A stretch of DNA of 64,000 bases from a virus: IMG/VR virus record IMGVR_UViG_3300015202_000004, positions 19,943-83,942 of that record. One strand, written 5' to 3'. Shown here one piece after another: positions 63,814-64,000 of the stretch (position 1 is the first letter of the stretch; every line of letters starts with the position of its first letter). A program made the translations under genes and the position numbers. Under the pieces are notes generated by a model that saw nothing but the letters and a program-made list of their open reading frames with translations, was not told the DNA's origin and searched no databases.

Positions 63814-64000
63814 TTCAGAAGCGATTGTAAAAAGTTTCTTTAGAGCAGCAGAATCATATCACACTTCATTTGGTAAGCCTTCAGTCTTTTGTGTTAACAG
63901 AAATGTTTTTAAAATCGTAGTTGCACACATGATTAAAGAAGGACTAATCCCATCTGACGGTGACGAAGAGCTTGACAGAGTAACCATTTGGGATGTTCCA
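63800..64000 (+). CDS. Hypothetical protein, truncated by window end
   Basis: ATG 63800 MSNYDSEAIVKSFFRAAESY..., open to the last base. Confidence 0.45.
   Translation, partial: MSNYDSEAIVKSFFRAAESYHTSFGKPSVFCVNRNVFKIVVAHMIKEGLIPSDGDEELDRVTIWDVP

Noticed and set aside
1-64000. tRNA genes, CRISPR array, integrase or transposase
   Set aside because: No T-arm consensus in intergenic DNA, no regularly spaced repeats, and no recombinase or transposase motifs seen.
1-64000. Stop-codon reassignment
   Set aside because: Long genes are intact in the standard code and real genes end in TAG (e.g. groES) and TGA; the broken HNH genes are fixed by frameshift, not readthrough.

Overview
Segment of a large, AT-rich myovirus-like (jumbo-type) phage genome; standard genetic code, no tRNA or CRISPR seen. 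(1) 1-16.4 kb, + strand: virion genes (baseplate J, a 1520-aa wedge-like protein, two paralogous Ig/IPT-repeat tail fibres). (2) 16.5-42.7 kb, mostly - strand: sigma factor, DnaE polymerase split into two genes, peptide deformylase, an HNH-DUF1257-DUF2997-Ycf46-like AAA operon, ThyX, clan-CD protease, 5'-3' exonuclease, MazG, SbcCD, RuvC-like x2, HU, glycosyltransferase, HAD, RecA, gp32-like SSB. (3) 42.8-64 kb, + strand: helicase loader, DnaB, restriction-like nuclease, dUTPase, phosphatase, ClpP, IF3, GroES, SF2 helicase, primase, NrdAB, AAA ATPase, dNMP kinase, separate sigma-region-4 and sigma-region-2 proteins. Main observations missed by the ORF track: three free-standing HNH/EndoVII genes each interrupted by a -1 frameshift at an early A-run and each abutting a downstream replication-related gene; an IF3 gene starting at AUU, with a probable second AUU start on dnaB; a GC-rich pseudoknot-like intergenic RNA; two promoter classes; and a possible two-subunit sigma factor. 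Family calls come from motifs recognised by eye, not from database searches.
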